IMG/VR virus record: IMGVR_UViG_3300028571_000887
DNA from: an uncultured virus (IMG/VR IMGVR_UViG_3300028571_000887)
Lineage: Duplodnaviria > Heunggongvirae > Uroviricota > Caudoviricetes
Length of the DNA: 20,000 bases
Direction: 5' to 3' (one strand)
How positions within the stretch are numbered: position 1 is the first letter of the stretch; each line of letters starts with the position of its first letter. Positions 8,756-17,140 of the stretch are shown piece by piece. Made by a program: the position numbers and the translations under genes. Below the pieces are notes generated by a model, which saw only the letters and a program-made list of their open reading frames with translations, did no database searches and was not told the origin of the DNA.

Positions 8756-9433
8756 TTACCATTCAGTAATAATTTCATTGTGATGCTCTGTTTCTGGTCC
8801 AGCAAGGTCATATACTTGAACCCCTGGTATCTGTCCAATCCAGACTTCAGCATCCCATCTCGTTTGCATCGTTGGGCCATGACCAATTTCTCTTATTTTG
8901 TTTAATTTAGACCACCAGAAGGTTCCAGCAAACCATCGTTGTCCAACGTGTGGACCGCCAAGGTGGGGCGGGGACTGACCACTAAAGTCATGCCAATGAC
9001 AACCAACTGCATCAACATCAGAGAGTTTTTCAATGCAATCTTTCCACTTAATAACATTAAAATATGTCATTGACTTTCTCCAATTAATGTTTTGTTCCGT
9101 GACATTGAATCCGCCCTTTGTATGTGCATACAAGACGTTCCCATCATTAACTTGTGCAAATTCATATAGTTTATTTTGAGTAAGCTGTTCCCATCCATGA
9201 TCAGCCTCGTCAACAACTGTGTGTGAAATATTATTTTCGGATAAAAAGTCTTTAACTTGTTGTCTTTGGTGTGGCAACCCAACTAATCCAATATGAATTG
9301 TATCTAAATTATTAATCAATTGGCTCGTTTTTAATGATTCTATATGAAGCTGGACTATAGGTATCCAATCGTTTTCTTTTTGAGAGGCATTGCTTCCACA
9401 ATAAATATGGTAAAAATGATGCATGTCTACCAT
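8756..9433 (-). CDS. Putative glycosyltransferase-like protein, paralog of 9427..10092
   Basis: HHFYH, GWEQ.TQ.KL, VLYAHTK, INWRKSMTY and GTFWW motifs; glycan-gene context. Function is inferred. Confidence 0.7.
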   Translation of the reverse strand: MVDMHHFYHIYCGSNASQKENDWIPIVQLHIESLKTSQLINNLDTIHIGLVGLPHQRQQVKDFLSENNISHTVVDEADHGWEQLTQNKLYEFAQVNDGNVLYAHTKGGFNVTEQNINWRKSMTYFNVIKWKDCIEKLSDVDAVGCHWHDFSGQSPPHLGGPHVGQRWFAGTFWWSKLNKIREIGHGPTMQTRWDAEVWIGQIPGVQVYDLAGPETEHHNEIITEW

Positions 9434-10092
9434 ATTGTTACCATTTTAGACTCATCCGATGGATGGTAAGGAACGTAATCGTATATTTTAAATGGTTCAT
9501 CCATTTGCTCAACTGTTGGCTTTAGCCATCCTATCCAACCCTCTGCTCCATATCTATTTTCTCTATTTGGTTTCTCAGCAAAATTTCTAACATATTTTAA
9601 TTTAGTCCACCAAAATGTTCCACCAAAGAATCCAGAAACTGTTTTAACATTATCATTGCTGCCTTCTAAATAATGAGATCCTACTGCACAAAATCCTTCA
9701 TCTAAATGTTTTACAACATCTTCCCATATTATTACTGTGTGATAAGTCATTGACTTTCGCCAATTTATGTGTAAAGAGTTAATCGTAACAGCATTTTTTG
9801 TATGGGCATACAAAACGTATCCGTCATTATTTTGTGCAAATTCAAAAAGTTTATCTTGAGTTTCTTGTTCCCACCCGTCATCAACCTCTGAACAAACAGA
9901 ATAGTTTATTCCTTCAGAGTTGAGATAGTTCTTAACTTCTTGTCTTGTTTCAGGAGGACCAACGATTCCAATTTGAAATGTTTTAAGATTGTTGATTAGG
10001 TCCGAATGCTTTAGGGCAGCTAGATGTTCGTTTAGTGGCAATTGCCAGGAGCCTTTAGAGTAGACATGATAAAAATGATGAAGATCTGTCAC
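9427..10092 (-). CDS. Putative glycosyltransferase-like protein, paralog of 8756..9433
   Basis: Same motif series. The GTG start lies 9 nt after TGATATAAT on the - strand. Confidence 0.7.
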   Translation of the reverse strand: MTDLHHFYHVYSKGSWQLPLNEHLAALKHSDLINNLKTFQIGIVGPPETRQEVKNYLNSEGINYSVCSEVDDGWEQETQDKLFEFAQNNDGYVLYAHTKNAVTINSLHINWRKSMTYHTVIIWEDVVKHLDEGFCAVGSHYLEGSNDNVKTVSGFFGGTFWWTKLKYVRNFAEKPNRENRYGAEGWIGWLKPTVEQMDEPFKIYDYVPYHPSDESKMVTIW

Positions 10093-10101
10093 AATAATAT
10101 G

Positions 10102-10110
10102 ATTATATCA
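10102..10110 (-). promoter_or_regulatory. Extended -10 promoter TGATATAAT
   Basis: ATTATATCA on the + strand, just upstream of the gene starting at 10092(-). Confidence 0.65.
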
Positions 10111-10155
10111 TTCAGTATGCAAGCAAAATAATGCCTTTTAGAGTACAATAGTTCT

Positions 10156-10593
10156 GTGCGTGACCCCTTTAAACAGCTTCTATCAAATTGTAAAAAAAAT
10201 TCAGTAACGCAAGATGAAAATGGAAATTGGAATCAAATAAGATCATCAACAAATAGAAGAAGAATGAATGGCGACGGAGCCAGCGATCAAACAAAAATCT
10301 GGACACCATCCAAACTTTTAGTAACCTCTGAAGATCTAAAAATGGTATGGGATAAGCAAAAAGGTAAGTGCTATTGGTTTGACATAGACCTTGATCTTAA
10401 TCTTTTATATAAAGATCACAAGGACTGGTATCCAAAACATCCCCTTGCCCCATCAGTAGACAAGATAGATGAGTCAGGAAACTACTCTATAAATAACATA
10501 GTAATCTGTTGTAGATTTGCAAATTTTGGTAGAAACGTGTATCCTTTTGACAGAATGCAAGATCTCATTAGTACACTAACTAAGAAAGGCTAA
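10156..10593 (+). CDS. HNH-like endonuclease-fold protein
   Basis: KCYWF...PSVDKID..GNYSINNIVICCRFAN beta-beta-alpha pattern. TACAAT 6 nt before the GTG suggests a leaderless gene. Confidence 0.7.
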   Translation: MRDPFKQLLSNCKKNSVTQDENGNWNQIRSSTNRRRMNGDGASDQTKIWTPSKLLVTSEDLKMVWDKQKGKCYWFDIDLDLNLLYKDHKDWYPKHPLAPSVDKIDESGNYSINNIVICCRFANFGRNVYPFDRMQDLISTLTKKG

Positions 10594-10595
10594 CT

Positions 10596-10781
10596 ATGAA
10601 AACAAAGGATCAGTATACAGAAGACGATGAGCGTGCCTTAAGAGATCTGGCTAATGCCATGGACAATCTTAGAAAAGGTGTTGGTGGCGCTGCCGGAACG
10701 GGAGCTGAAAAAAAGTATCAAGATGCATATCTAAAGTGTGTAAGACTAGAACTAAAACCAAAGATGAAAAGAAAAATCTAG
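10596..10781 (+). CDS. Hypothetical protein
   Basis: 61-aa ORF with a GAAAGG RBS-like site. Confidence 0.7.
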   Translation: MKTKDQYTEDDERALRDLANAMDNLRKGVGGAAGTGAEKKYQDAYLKCVRLELKPKMKRKI

Positions 10782-10782
10782 A

Positions 10783-11007
10783 GTGACTGATATTATTTTT
10801 AATAATTATTCAAACGGCAGCATGTGGGAAATTGCAGGTCCATCTATGTCAGTATACATAACTCATGACATGGTTCTTGGTGAGGACAAGACGGGACTGG
10901 AAATGTTACTTGCCTTGCAGGGTATCCCACCAACAAAAGATCTTATTCAACAAATAGTAGACAATACAAAAGATCCCAAAGGGGACATGTTTATTGTATC
11001 GTTCTAG
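10783..11007 (+). CDS. Hypothetical protein
   Basis: 74-aa ORF, tightly packed. Confidence 0.65.
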   Translation: MTDIIFNNYSNGSMWEIAGPSMSVYITHDMVLGEDKTGLEMLLALQGIPPTKDLIQQIVDNTKDPKGDMFIVSF

Positions 11008-11018
11008 GGGGAGTCTAA

Positions 11019-11201
11019 ATGCTAAATCTTAGAGGTATACCAACAAGAGTATGTGTTAATTGTGGATCTGATCTATTTACCGTGCAAATTTGTTTTGATG
11101 AAGAATATGAAATAGCTGGGTACCTTCTTGATTGTGAGTGTGCTTATTGTGGCACATTGTTAACGGCCCCCACCCCACTAGATCTAGCATCAACACTATA
11201 A
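11019..11201 (+). CDS. Small Zn-ribbon protein
   Basis: CVNC...CECAYC; GGGGGAG RBS. Confidence 0.75.
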   Translation: MLNLRGIPTRVCVNCGSDLFTVQICFDEEYEIAGYLLDCECAYCGTLLTAPTPLDLASTL

Positions 11202-11237
11202 TATACAATACAAATAACAACTATGGTTAGGATAATG

Positions 11238-11735
11238 ATGCAAACTTTTCTACCTTTTGATAACTTTATAGAATCAGCAAGGTCCCTGGACAGCCTAAGA
11301 TTAAACAAGCAACTATTAGAAGGGCGCCAGATATATAATATATTAGCTTCAGGCAGAACTTCCGGTGCTTGGACAAATCATCCAGCAGTAAAGATGTGGA
11401 GAGGGTACGAGACAGCCCTATTTAACTATCTTGTTGCCATTAAAGATGAGTGTGTTTCTCGCGGCATCAAAACAGATAAAAATTGGTCAGCAATTATAGA
11501 AATCCATAAGTATAATTTAAATCGTGCTGGCACTACCTCCCTCCCTATATGGTGGGGAGACGAAAGAGTTCATCAGTCCCATCGTAATAATCTTTACCGT
11601 AAAAATCCAGACTATTATATAGAATTTATTGATGATAGTTTTGTTTCTTGTTGCGATAAGTGCAACTACTTTTGGCCAACACACAGGAGTGAAGAATTCT
11701 CTGATCAAAAACTTGACAATCTCTCCGTACTCTAG
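11238..11735 (+). CDS. Pyrimidine dimer DNA glycosylase / MSMEG_6728 family protein
   Basis: MQTFLP, LDxxRLxKQxxE, HPAVKMWRGYE, PxWWGDERVHQSHRNNL and YFWP motifs. Confidence 0.87.
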   Translation: MQTFLPFDNFIESARSLDSLRLNKQLLEGRQIYNILASGRTSGAWTNHPAVKMWRGYETALFNYLVAIKDECVSRGIKTDKNWSAIIEIHKYNLNRAGTTSLPIWWGDERVHQSHRNNLYRKNPDYYIEFIDDSFVSCCDKCNYFWPTHRSEEFSDQKLDNLSVL

Positions 11736-11741
11736 TACCAT
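11713..11741 (+). promoter_or_regulatory. SigA/sigma70-type promoter
   Basis: TTGACA(11713-11718)-17 bp-TACCAT(11736-11741), then AGGAGG at 11761. Confidence 0.7.
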
Positions 11742-11771
11742 AGGAACACGGACAACAACTAGGAGGAAACT

Positions 11772-11819
11772 ATGGATGGTATTGATAGCTACTTTGAGTA
11801 CAAATTTATAAATGGCTAG
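11772..11819 (+). CDS. 15-aa mini-ORF (MDGIDSYFEYKFING)
   Basis: Perfect AGGAGG RBS directly after a promoter. Its end overlaps the next ATG. Confidence 0.45.
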   Translation: MDGIDSYFEYKFING

Positions 11820-11961
11820 GAAGAAAGACGAGGATTATCTTCCAATTCCTACCCCAGAAAAACAACTTACCCAGTCCTCAGGCTGGTGTATGACGCAAAA
11901 TCATAATGGATGTTTTTATCAATTTAGACACGGAAAGTGTGGTTGCAAATGTCACGAGTAA
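11812..11961 (+). CDS. Small Cys/His-rich protein (49 aa)
   Basis: Manual translation gives MARKK...SGWCMTQNHNGC...KCGCKCHE. Confidence 0.7.
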   Translation: MARKKDEDYLPIPTPEKQLTQSSGWCMTQNHNGCFYQFRHGKCGCKCHE

Positions 11962-11972
11962 TAGCAGGATAC

Positions 11973-12164
11973 ATGACCCCAGAAGAGTTTGCCTCTCTGG
12001 TAATAGTTTCATTAGAGACTAATCAATATTTTAAAAGAAATGAAAAAGCGCATCCAGAAGATATTGTTTCTGCTTTTGTCGCTCAGGCAGAGGCCATAGC
12101 CATTGGTGCTGGATTTGTTATTGCAGAAACGGCAGGGATTAAAAACAAAACGAGTGTCATCTGA
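11973..12164 (+). CDS. Hypothetical protein
   Basis: AGGA RBS before the ATG at 11973 (MTPEEFASL). Confidence 0.65.
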   Translation: MTPEEFASLVIVSLETNQYFKRNEKAHPEDIVSAFVAQAEAIAIGAGFVIAETAGIKNKTSVI

Positions 12165-12183
12165 TGACAGATAAGAGAAAACA

Positions 12184-13221
12184 GTGATTGAGTATGACAA
12201 AAAGGCATTATGCTTTGATGACATTCTTTTAGTCCCCCAGTACGGTACAATCCCATCTCGTCACGATGTAGATCTTAGTATGGCAATTGGTAAAAAAGAT
12301 AAAAAAATTATAAATTTAACCCTACCCGTCATTGCCGCACCTATGGATACCGTGTGCGACATAGACATGTGCTTGGCTATTGCCGATGCTGGAGGCATGG
12401 GAATAGTACATAGATACATGCCCTATGATTCTCAAGTAAGCCGGGCTAAGAAACTTTCAAAATATAATATAAACTTTGGAATAGCTATTGCATCTAATAA
12501 TGGATTCATTGATCATGCAAAGAGTTTGTATGATGTTGGTGTTAGGGTCATGTTAATTGATACCGCCAATGGTCACTCTGAACAAGCGATAAAGGCTGTT
12601 AGGGCAATTAAAAAATTATACAATGATGTTCATGTCATGGCTGGAAATGTTGCAACGGCAGAGGGATTTTATCGACTTGCCAATGCTGGCGCAGATTCAG
12701 TTAGGGTGGGCATTGGTGGTGGCAGTGCTTGTACTACACGCTTGGTTAGTGGTCATGGAATTCCAACATTGGCATCAATACTAGAGATTGCAAATTCAAA
12801 CTATTATAATCTTAATTGCACAGTGATTGCCGATGGTGGTATTCGTAATAGTGGAGACATGGTTAAGGCATTTGCCGCAGGAGCAGGTGCCGTCATGGTT
12901 GGGTCAATGCTTGCTGGCACCAATGAGGCCCCTGGTGAAATACTTACAGATGCTAGCGGAAGAGAGTTCAAGACGTTCCGTGGAATGGCCTCAGAAGGCG
13001 CACAGAAGGACGCTACAGGCAAAACGTCAGTGGCAGAAGGTATATCGACCACAATACCCTACAGAGGCTCTGTGAGCCATATACTTAATCAGATAAAAGG
13101 TGGACTTGGAAGCGGCTGCTCTTACTCTGGAGTAGATAGCTTAAAAGACTTGCATTCTGAATCGCAGTATGTTAAGGTTAGCTCATTAAGTATTAATGAA
13201 TCAAGACCACACGCACTATAA
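12184..13221 (+). CDS. guaB: IMP dehydrogenase/GMP reductase family protein (no CBS domains)
   Basis: [29 protein letters not shown], catalytic loop [25 protein letters not shown]. The symbol is family-level only; see the finding on possible GMP reductase activity. Confidence 0.9.
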   Translation: MIEYDKKALCFDDILLVPQYGTIPSRHDVDLSMAIGKKDKKIINLTLPVIAAPMDTVCDIDMCLAIADAGGMGIVHRYMPYDSQVSRAKKLSKYNINFGIAIASNNGFIDHAKSLYDVGVRVMLIDTANGHSEQAIKAVRAIKKLYNDVHVMAGNVATAEGFYRLANAGADSVRVGIGGGSACTTRLVSGHGIPTLASILEIANSNYYNLNCTVIADGGIRNSGDMVKAFAAGAGAVMVGSMLAGTNEAPGEILTDASGREFKTFRGMASEGAQKDATGKTSVAEGISTTIPYRGSVSHILNQIKGGLGSGCSYSGVDSLKDLHSESQYVKVSSLSINESRPHAL

Positions 13222-13240
13222 CTATTGTGAAGGGAACAAC

Positions 13241-13480
13241 ATGAATGAAGACTATGTTGAACTAAATCTCTACTTAGAACAGGACGAAGAGGTAGATCTT
13301 TGGGTTTATACTGCCTACGACAAGTTTGTTTTATTTAAGAACGTAAATGGTAATCCTGTTCGTTATAATGGTTGGTGGAACATTCCACATATTTCTTATA
13401 ATCGGCAAGGAACAGCCTACCTTGAGGCAAAAGATATTAAATATTTTTCAACTTACAAAGATATAGATGAGAGTGACTAA
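13241..13480 (+). CDS. Hypothetical protein
   Basis: GAAGGGA RBS before the ATG at 13241. Confidence 0.65.
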   Translation: MNEDYVELNLYLEQDEEVDLWVYTAYDKFVLFKNVNGNPVRYNGWWNIPHISYNRQGTAYLEAKDIKYFSTYKDIDESD

Positions 13481-13920
13481 TGAATTTCGTTATGCCAGAT
13501 GGTGTTGAAGAATATCCTGATGACATTCTTGATATCCTCAATAGGATACCTGTTGAGTGGGGGCGCTGGATCTCTTGCGACAAGGGTTGGTATAAACTTC
13601 TTGTAGACACTAATCGCAAAATGAATATGATGTGGCCCAACTACGAGATTCATCAGGTTAAAGAGAAGTTTGGTTCTCTGCGCTTCTATTGGGGTATTTC
13701 CAGTGAAGATAAAGACTGGGAGGCACTAGACGAAAACATCTCCAAAACTATCTATGAAATTATGGGGGATATTGCCAATAGTGCAGAGAGTCGGTCCTCC
13801 CGCATCTGTGAAGATTGCGGTAAATTTGGTACCACGACAGTTCTTAACTATTGGTATAGGACTCTGTGCCCCGCCTGTTCTGTTGAACAGGGATATACAG
13901 AAGAGCAAGAAGATATCTAG
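13480..13920 (+). CDS. Phage hypothetical protein with C-terminal Zn ribbon
   Basis: QVKEKFGSLRFY...ICEDCG...TLCPAC. Confidence 0.8.
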   Translation: MNFVMPDGVEEYPDDILDILNRIPVEWGRWISCDKGWYKLLVDTNRKMNMMWPNYEIHQVKEKFGSLRFYWGISSEDKDWEALDENISKTIYEIMGDIANSAESRSSRICEDCGKFGTTTVLNYWYRTLCPACSVEQGYTEEQEDI

Positions 13921-14067
13921 ATGTTCTTTCATACGGTGTCCTGTACCTGTGGATGGTACTATGGACCAGCAAAAAAGAAGTTAGTTAAGGATATGCTATC
14001 CTTTCACAAAGAAATTCATAAGTTAGAGGGTTTGGCAAATGAAACAAAAGATAGCGATAGTAACTGA
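13921..14067 (+). CDS. Small putative Zn-finger protein (48 aa)
   Basis: Manual translation gives MFFHTVSCTCGW...FHKEIH. It fills the gap between its neighbours exactly. Confidence 0.6.
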   Translation: MFFHTVSCTCGWYYGPAKKKLVKDMLSFHKEIHKLEGLANETKDSDSN

Positions 14068-15052
14068 TGCTTGGTACCCGCAAACTAACGGAGTTGTAAC
14101 CACTCTAAGCAATCTTGTAAAAAATTTAGAAAAAGAATATGAAGTTTTAGTTATAAACCCTAAGATGTTCTGGGGTGTAAACTTTTTCTTTTATAAGGAA
14201 ATAGTTTTATCTATTCCGTTTAAAATGAGCAAGATTCTAAGGGAGTTTGATGCAGACTATATTCACATAGCAACAGAGGGTCCACTAGGAATAGCAGCAA
14301 AAAGATATTGCAAGAAACATTACAAGAAATACAATACAAGTTTTCATACCAATTTTCCATACCTTCTTAAAGAATTTTTTCATGTCCCAGAAAAACTTAC
14401 ATGGATTCTTATGCGGGGATTCCATAAGGGCAGCGAAAGAGTTCTAGTTACCAATGAGGATGTTCGTACAGTATTATCAACAAAAAATTTTCAATCTAAA
14501 TTGGTTTTATGGACACGGGGAATAGATAGTGGTAGATTCTTTTTTCAACCTTCAAAACAGCATGAGAAGGGTGAAAGGATTAACCTTTTGTATGTAGGAA
14601 GGGTAAGTAAAGAAAAGAATTTAAAAAAACTTTGTAAATTATCTAAAGATAAAAGATATAATTGCACAATAGTGGGAGATGGACCCTATCTTAAAAAAAT
14701 AAAAAAGAAGTATCCAAAGGTAGTCTTTACCGGTAAGGTACCAAATGAAGAATTGTTTAATCATTATGCTAAAGCAGACGTATTTTTTTTCCCATCTGTT
14801 TTTGATACCTTTGGAATTGTAATGTTAGAAAGCATAGCCTGTGGACTACCCGTAGTGGCATACGATACAATGGGTCCGAGAACCCTAATAAAAAAGGGTA
14901 TAAATGGATATCTAATATCTAATGATGAACAAGTTCATAAGGCCATTCGCAAGGCATTAAGACTAGACAGAGAAAAGGTATCAGAATCGGTTCAAGATTT
15001 TACTTGGGAAATAGTTACCTCTATTTTTATAGAAAATCTTTCAAAGGCATAA
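14039..15052 (+). CDS. Glycosyltransferase family 4 (GT-B)
   Basis: IVTDAWYPQTNGV, HIATEGPLG, YVGRVSKEKN, VGDGP and FPSVFDTFGIVMLESIACGLPV. Confidence 0.92.
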   Translation: MKQKIAIVTDAWYPQTNGVVTTLSNLVKNLEKEYEVLVINPKMFWGVNFFFYKEIVLSIPFKMSKILREFDADYIHIATEGPLGIAAKRYCKKHYKKYNTSFHTNFPYLLKEFFHVPEKLTWILMRGFHKGSERVLVTNEDVRTVLSTKNFQSKLVLWTRGIDSGRFFFQPSKQHEKGERINLLYVGRVSKEKNLKKLCKLSKDKRYNCTIVGDGPYLKKIKKKYPKVVFTGKVPNEELFNHYAKADVFFFPSVFDTFGIVMLESIACGLPVVAYDTMGPRTLIKKGINGYLISNDEQVHKAIRKALRLDREKVSESVQDFTWEIVTSIFIENLSKA

Positions 15053-15061
15053 GGGAGTTTT

Positions 15062-15253
15062 ATGAAGGGTCATGATGGTCTTTGCCCAAGTCCAAATCCT
15101 CATCTTATTGAGCCAAAAAATTGTGCTTATTGTAATTTAATTAAATCAGTAAAGGAACATTATAAAGAAAAAGGTAAGGGTGGCAAGACCTACGAAGAAG
15201 GATTTAACAATGGATGGGCTGCCGCTATTGACAAATTAAAGGAGCTAGCATGA
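15062..15253 (+). CDS. Hypothetical protein (Cys/His motif)
   Basis: AAGGGAG RBS; HDGLC...CAYC. Confidence 0.7.
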   Translation: MKGHDGLCPSPNPHLIEPKNCAYCNLIKSVKEHYKEKGKGGKTYEEGFNNGWAAAIDKLKELA

Positions 15254-15417
15254 TAGACGACACAGACAAATGGGTAATTAGGTGTGGCAACTTCTATGAT
15301 GCATTAATGTTTGCTGATTCAAAAAAATGGACGGTACGGGAGTGGTCTTGGGCACCAGCACATACTACTAAGAATGCCATTCAAGTATTTAGAAGATGGC
15401 GGGTAGAGGACCAGTGA
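15250..15417 (+). CDS. Hypothetical Trp-rich protein (55 aa)
   Basis: AGGAG RBS and ATGA overlap. Manual translation begins MIDDTDKWVIRCGNF. Confidence 0.65.
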   Translation: MIDDTDKWVIRCGNFYDALMFADSKKWTVREWSWAPAHTTKNAIQVFRRWRVEDQ

Positions 15418-15421
15418 TAAA

Positions 15422-15703
15422 ATGTCCTATTGTAGATTTATAGAAGCAGATGCATATATCTATCAAGACACTAGGTATGGCATCTATTGTTGCTACTGCT
15501 CCCTTATGCCTTTAATAACTAGATACAGCTCATTCTTTGGATATGATGTTTCTTATCACGAGGGATTTGTGGCGGGATATGATTATGATAAGATGCTTGA
15601 TCATATTCTAGATCATCGTAAAAATGGAGACTATATTCCAGAGCATGTTGATCAATGTTTAGAAAATGAGCGTAGATTCAACTCCAGTGTTACTTTCGAT
15701 TGA
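15422..15703 (+). CDS. Hypothetical protein (MSYCRF...CxxC...HxxxH)
   Basis: 93-aa ORF within the operon. Confidence 0.75.
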   Translation: MSYCRFIEADAYIYQDTRYGIYCCYCSLMPLITRYSSFFGYDVSYHEGFVAGYDYDKMLDHILDHRKNGDYIPEHVDQCLENERRFNSSVTFD

Positions 15704-15725
15704 TTTCTTAAACAAGGAGAAGGTC

Positions 15726-15821
15726 ATGACCAAAGAAAAAAGGCTAAAAACCATTGACGAAGTTTTGGCAGAATGCCGGGTCCGTCGTAATACTTTTTGG
15801 GGAAGATTAAATGTATTATAA
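15726..15821 (+). CDS. 31-aa ORF, possibly the frameshifted N-terminus of 15811..16218
   Basis: Strong AAGGAG RBS; MTKEKRLKTIDEVLAECRVRRNTFWGRLNVL. Confidence 0.5.
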   Translation: MTKEKRLKTIDEVLAECRVRRNTFWGRLNVL

Positions 15822-16218
15822 GATTAAGATTTATAAAACAAATATAAAGAGATTTTTTTATAAACCCTATTGGTGGTATCAACGCATCACGCGAGGGTAC
15901 AGTGATAGAGACATGTGGAACGCAGACACCTATCTAGCAGGAGTGTTTGCAGGAGTGCTTCAGTGGTACATAGACAAGGGTATTGGTGTGTCTATGGCCT
16001 ATAAAGACGATGAAGACATTTATGGCACTGATGTAGATTCTATGGTGATTAGAAGAGATACTGATTATTCAAACCACATTGCAATTTTCACACAATATCT
16101 AAACAATGGTCTTGCTTGGGATGAAGAAGATGCAAAAGAATTTGGTGGAGTTCTTGACAAAGACATGAAGGATGCACTACAATGGTTGGTAGAGCATTTT
16201 CAGGAACTGTGGGACTAG
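15811..16218 (+). CDS. Phage hypothetical protein
   Basis: WYQRITRGYSDRDMWNAD...HFQELWD. Confidence 0.75.
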   Translation: MYYKIKIYKTNIKRFFYKPYWWYQRITRGYSDRDMWNADTYLAGVFAGVLQWYIDKGIGVSMAYKDDEDIYGTDVDSMVIRRDTDYSNHIAIFTQYLNNGLAWDEEDAKEFGGVLDKDMKDALQWLVEHFQELWD

Positions 16219-16226
16219 GAGAAAAA

Positions 16227-16502
16227 ATGATTAGGGTAAGGGTGGAGATTGTTCCCTTTGGAGAGGAAGATCGGTCTCGTGAGATTGGTCAATTGATTAT
16301 AGCCAATACCGGCTATGGAGATTCGTATAACGCAGATTATGGATTTGCCTATTCTGATAACTTTGACGACGCTCATGAAGGCACCGTTAAGAATTTTTCT
16401 AGAGACAAGGGGATATGGACACTAATATCTGAATGTCTGTCAAATCCCACTGAGGTAGATGATCAAGAACTTTCAGACAAAATATGGGAAAAGATGAAAT
16501 AA
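16227..16502 (+). CDS. Hypothetical protein
   Basis: AGGAG RBS before the ATG at 16227 (MIRVRVEIVPFG). Confidence 0.75.
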   Translation: MIRVRVEIVPFGEEDRSREIGQLIIANTGYGDSYNADYGFAYSDNFDDAHEGTVKNFSRDKGIWTLISECLSNPTEVDDQELSDKIWEKMK

Positions 16503-16594
16503 TGATTAGATATATTGTTGAGCTTGCTTTGCTGCTCACCACAATCCTTGCGTTTACTGTGATATATATCGACCGCAAGGGTGATAAAGATTAG
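16502..16594 (+). CDS. Single-TM micro-protein (30 aa)
   Basis: TAATG coupling; MIRYIVELALLLTTILAFTVIYIDRKGDKD. Confidence 0.55.
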   Translation: MIRYIVELALLLTTILAFTVIYIDRKGDKD

Positions 16595-16596
16595 TC

Positions 16597-16668
16597 ATGG
16601 AGCTCTTTGTGATTGGGTTTGTGGTAGGATATTTTATTGGAAGAATAATTATGGCGGGGAGAAGATAA
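16597..16668 (+). CDS. Single-TM micro-protein (23 aa)
   Basis: MELFVIGFVVGYFIGRIIMAGRR. It fills the gap exactly. Confidence 0.5.
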   Translation: MELFVIGFVVGYFIGRIIMAGRR

Positions 16669-16671
16669 ATA

Positions 16672-16860
16672 ATGATTAGATGGATAGATATGATAGATCC
16701 AGTCTATACCCTTGCTTTGCTTGCTGGTGTTGATCCAGACGAAAATGATTTGACAGGAATAAATATTGGAAACAGTTCTTTGACTGTCTACTGGAAAGAC
16801 TCTTCGCAGGTCAGGCGTCACAAGACGGTTTCCTACTTAAAAGAGTCAGACCATGAGTGA
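16672..16860 (+). CDS. Hypothetical protein
   Basis: GGGGAG RBS; 62 aa. Confidence 0.65.
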   Translation: MIRWIDMIDPVYTLALLAGVDPDENDLTGINIGNSSLTVYWKDSSQVRRHKTVSYLKESDHE

Positions 16861-17140
16861 CTTTGAATATGAGAAGATGAGAGATCTAACCTGTCCTCTT
16901 TGTGACTGGTCATTGCATGTAGAAAAAACGGTATGGAAAGACTTTCCAAATCATCATAAAGACATTCTTAATCATATAGAATTAAAATTAAATGCTCATG
17001 CAAGAGATGAGCACGGGGTATTCAATGTAAATTCTCTTTCAAAACTTGAACAAAAACCACCGGTAAAGAGAAATCCAGACTACCATCCAGACATAGCAAA
17101 AGACAGTCCATATGTTGGCTTATCAAAGGATGTTTTGTAA
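16853..17140 (+). CDS. Hypothetical protein with C2H2-like Zn motif
   Basis: CPLC...HARDEH; last gene of the + strand block. Confidence 0.7.
   Translation: MSDFEYEKMRDLTCPLCDWSLHVEKTVWKDFPNHHKDILNHIELKLNAHARDEHGVFNVNSLSKLEQKPPVKRNPDYHPDIAKDSPYVGLSKDVL

Noticed and set aside
10156..10593. Intron- or intein-associated homing element
   Set aside because: The HNH-like gene is free-standing and no flanking gene appears interrupted.
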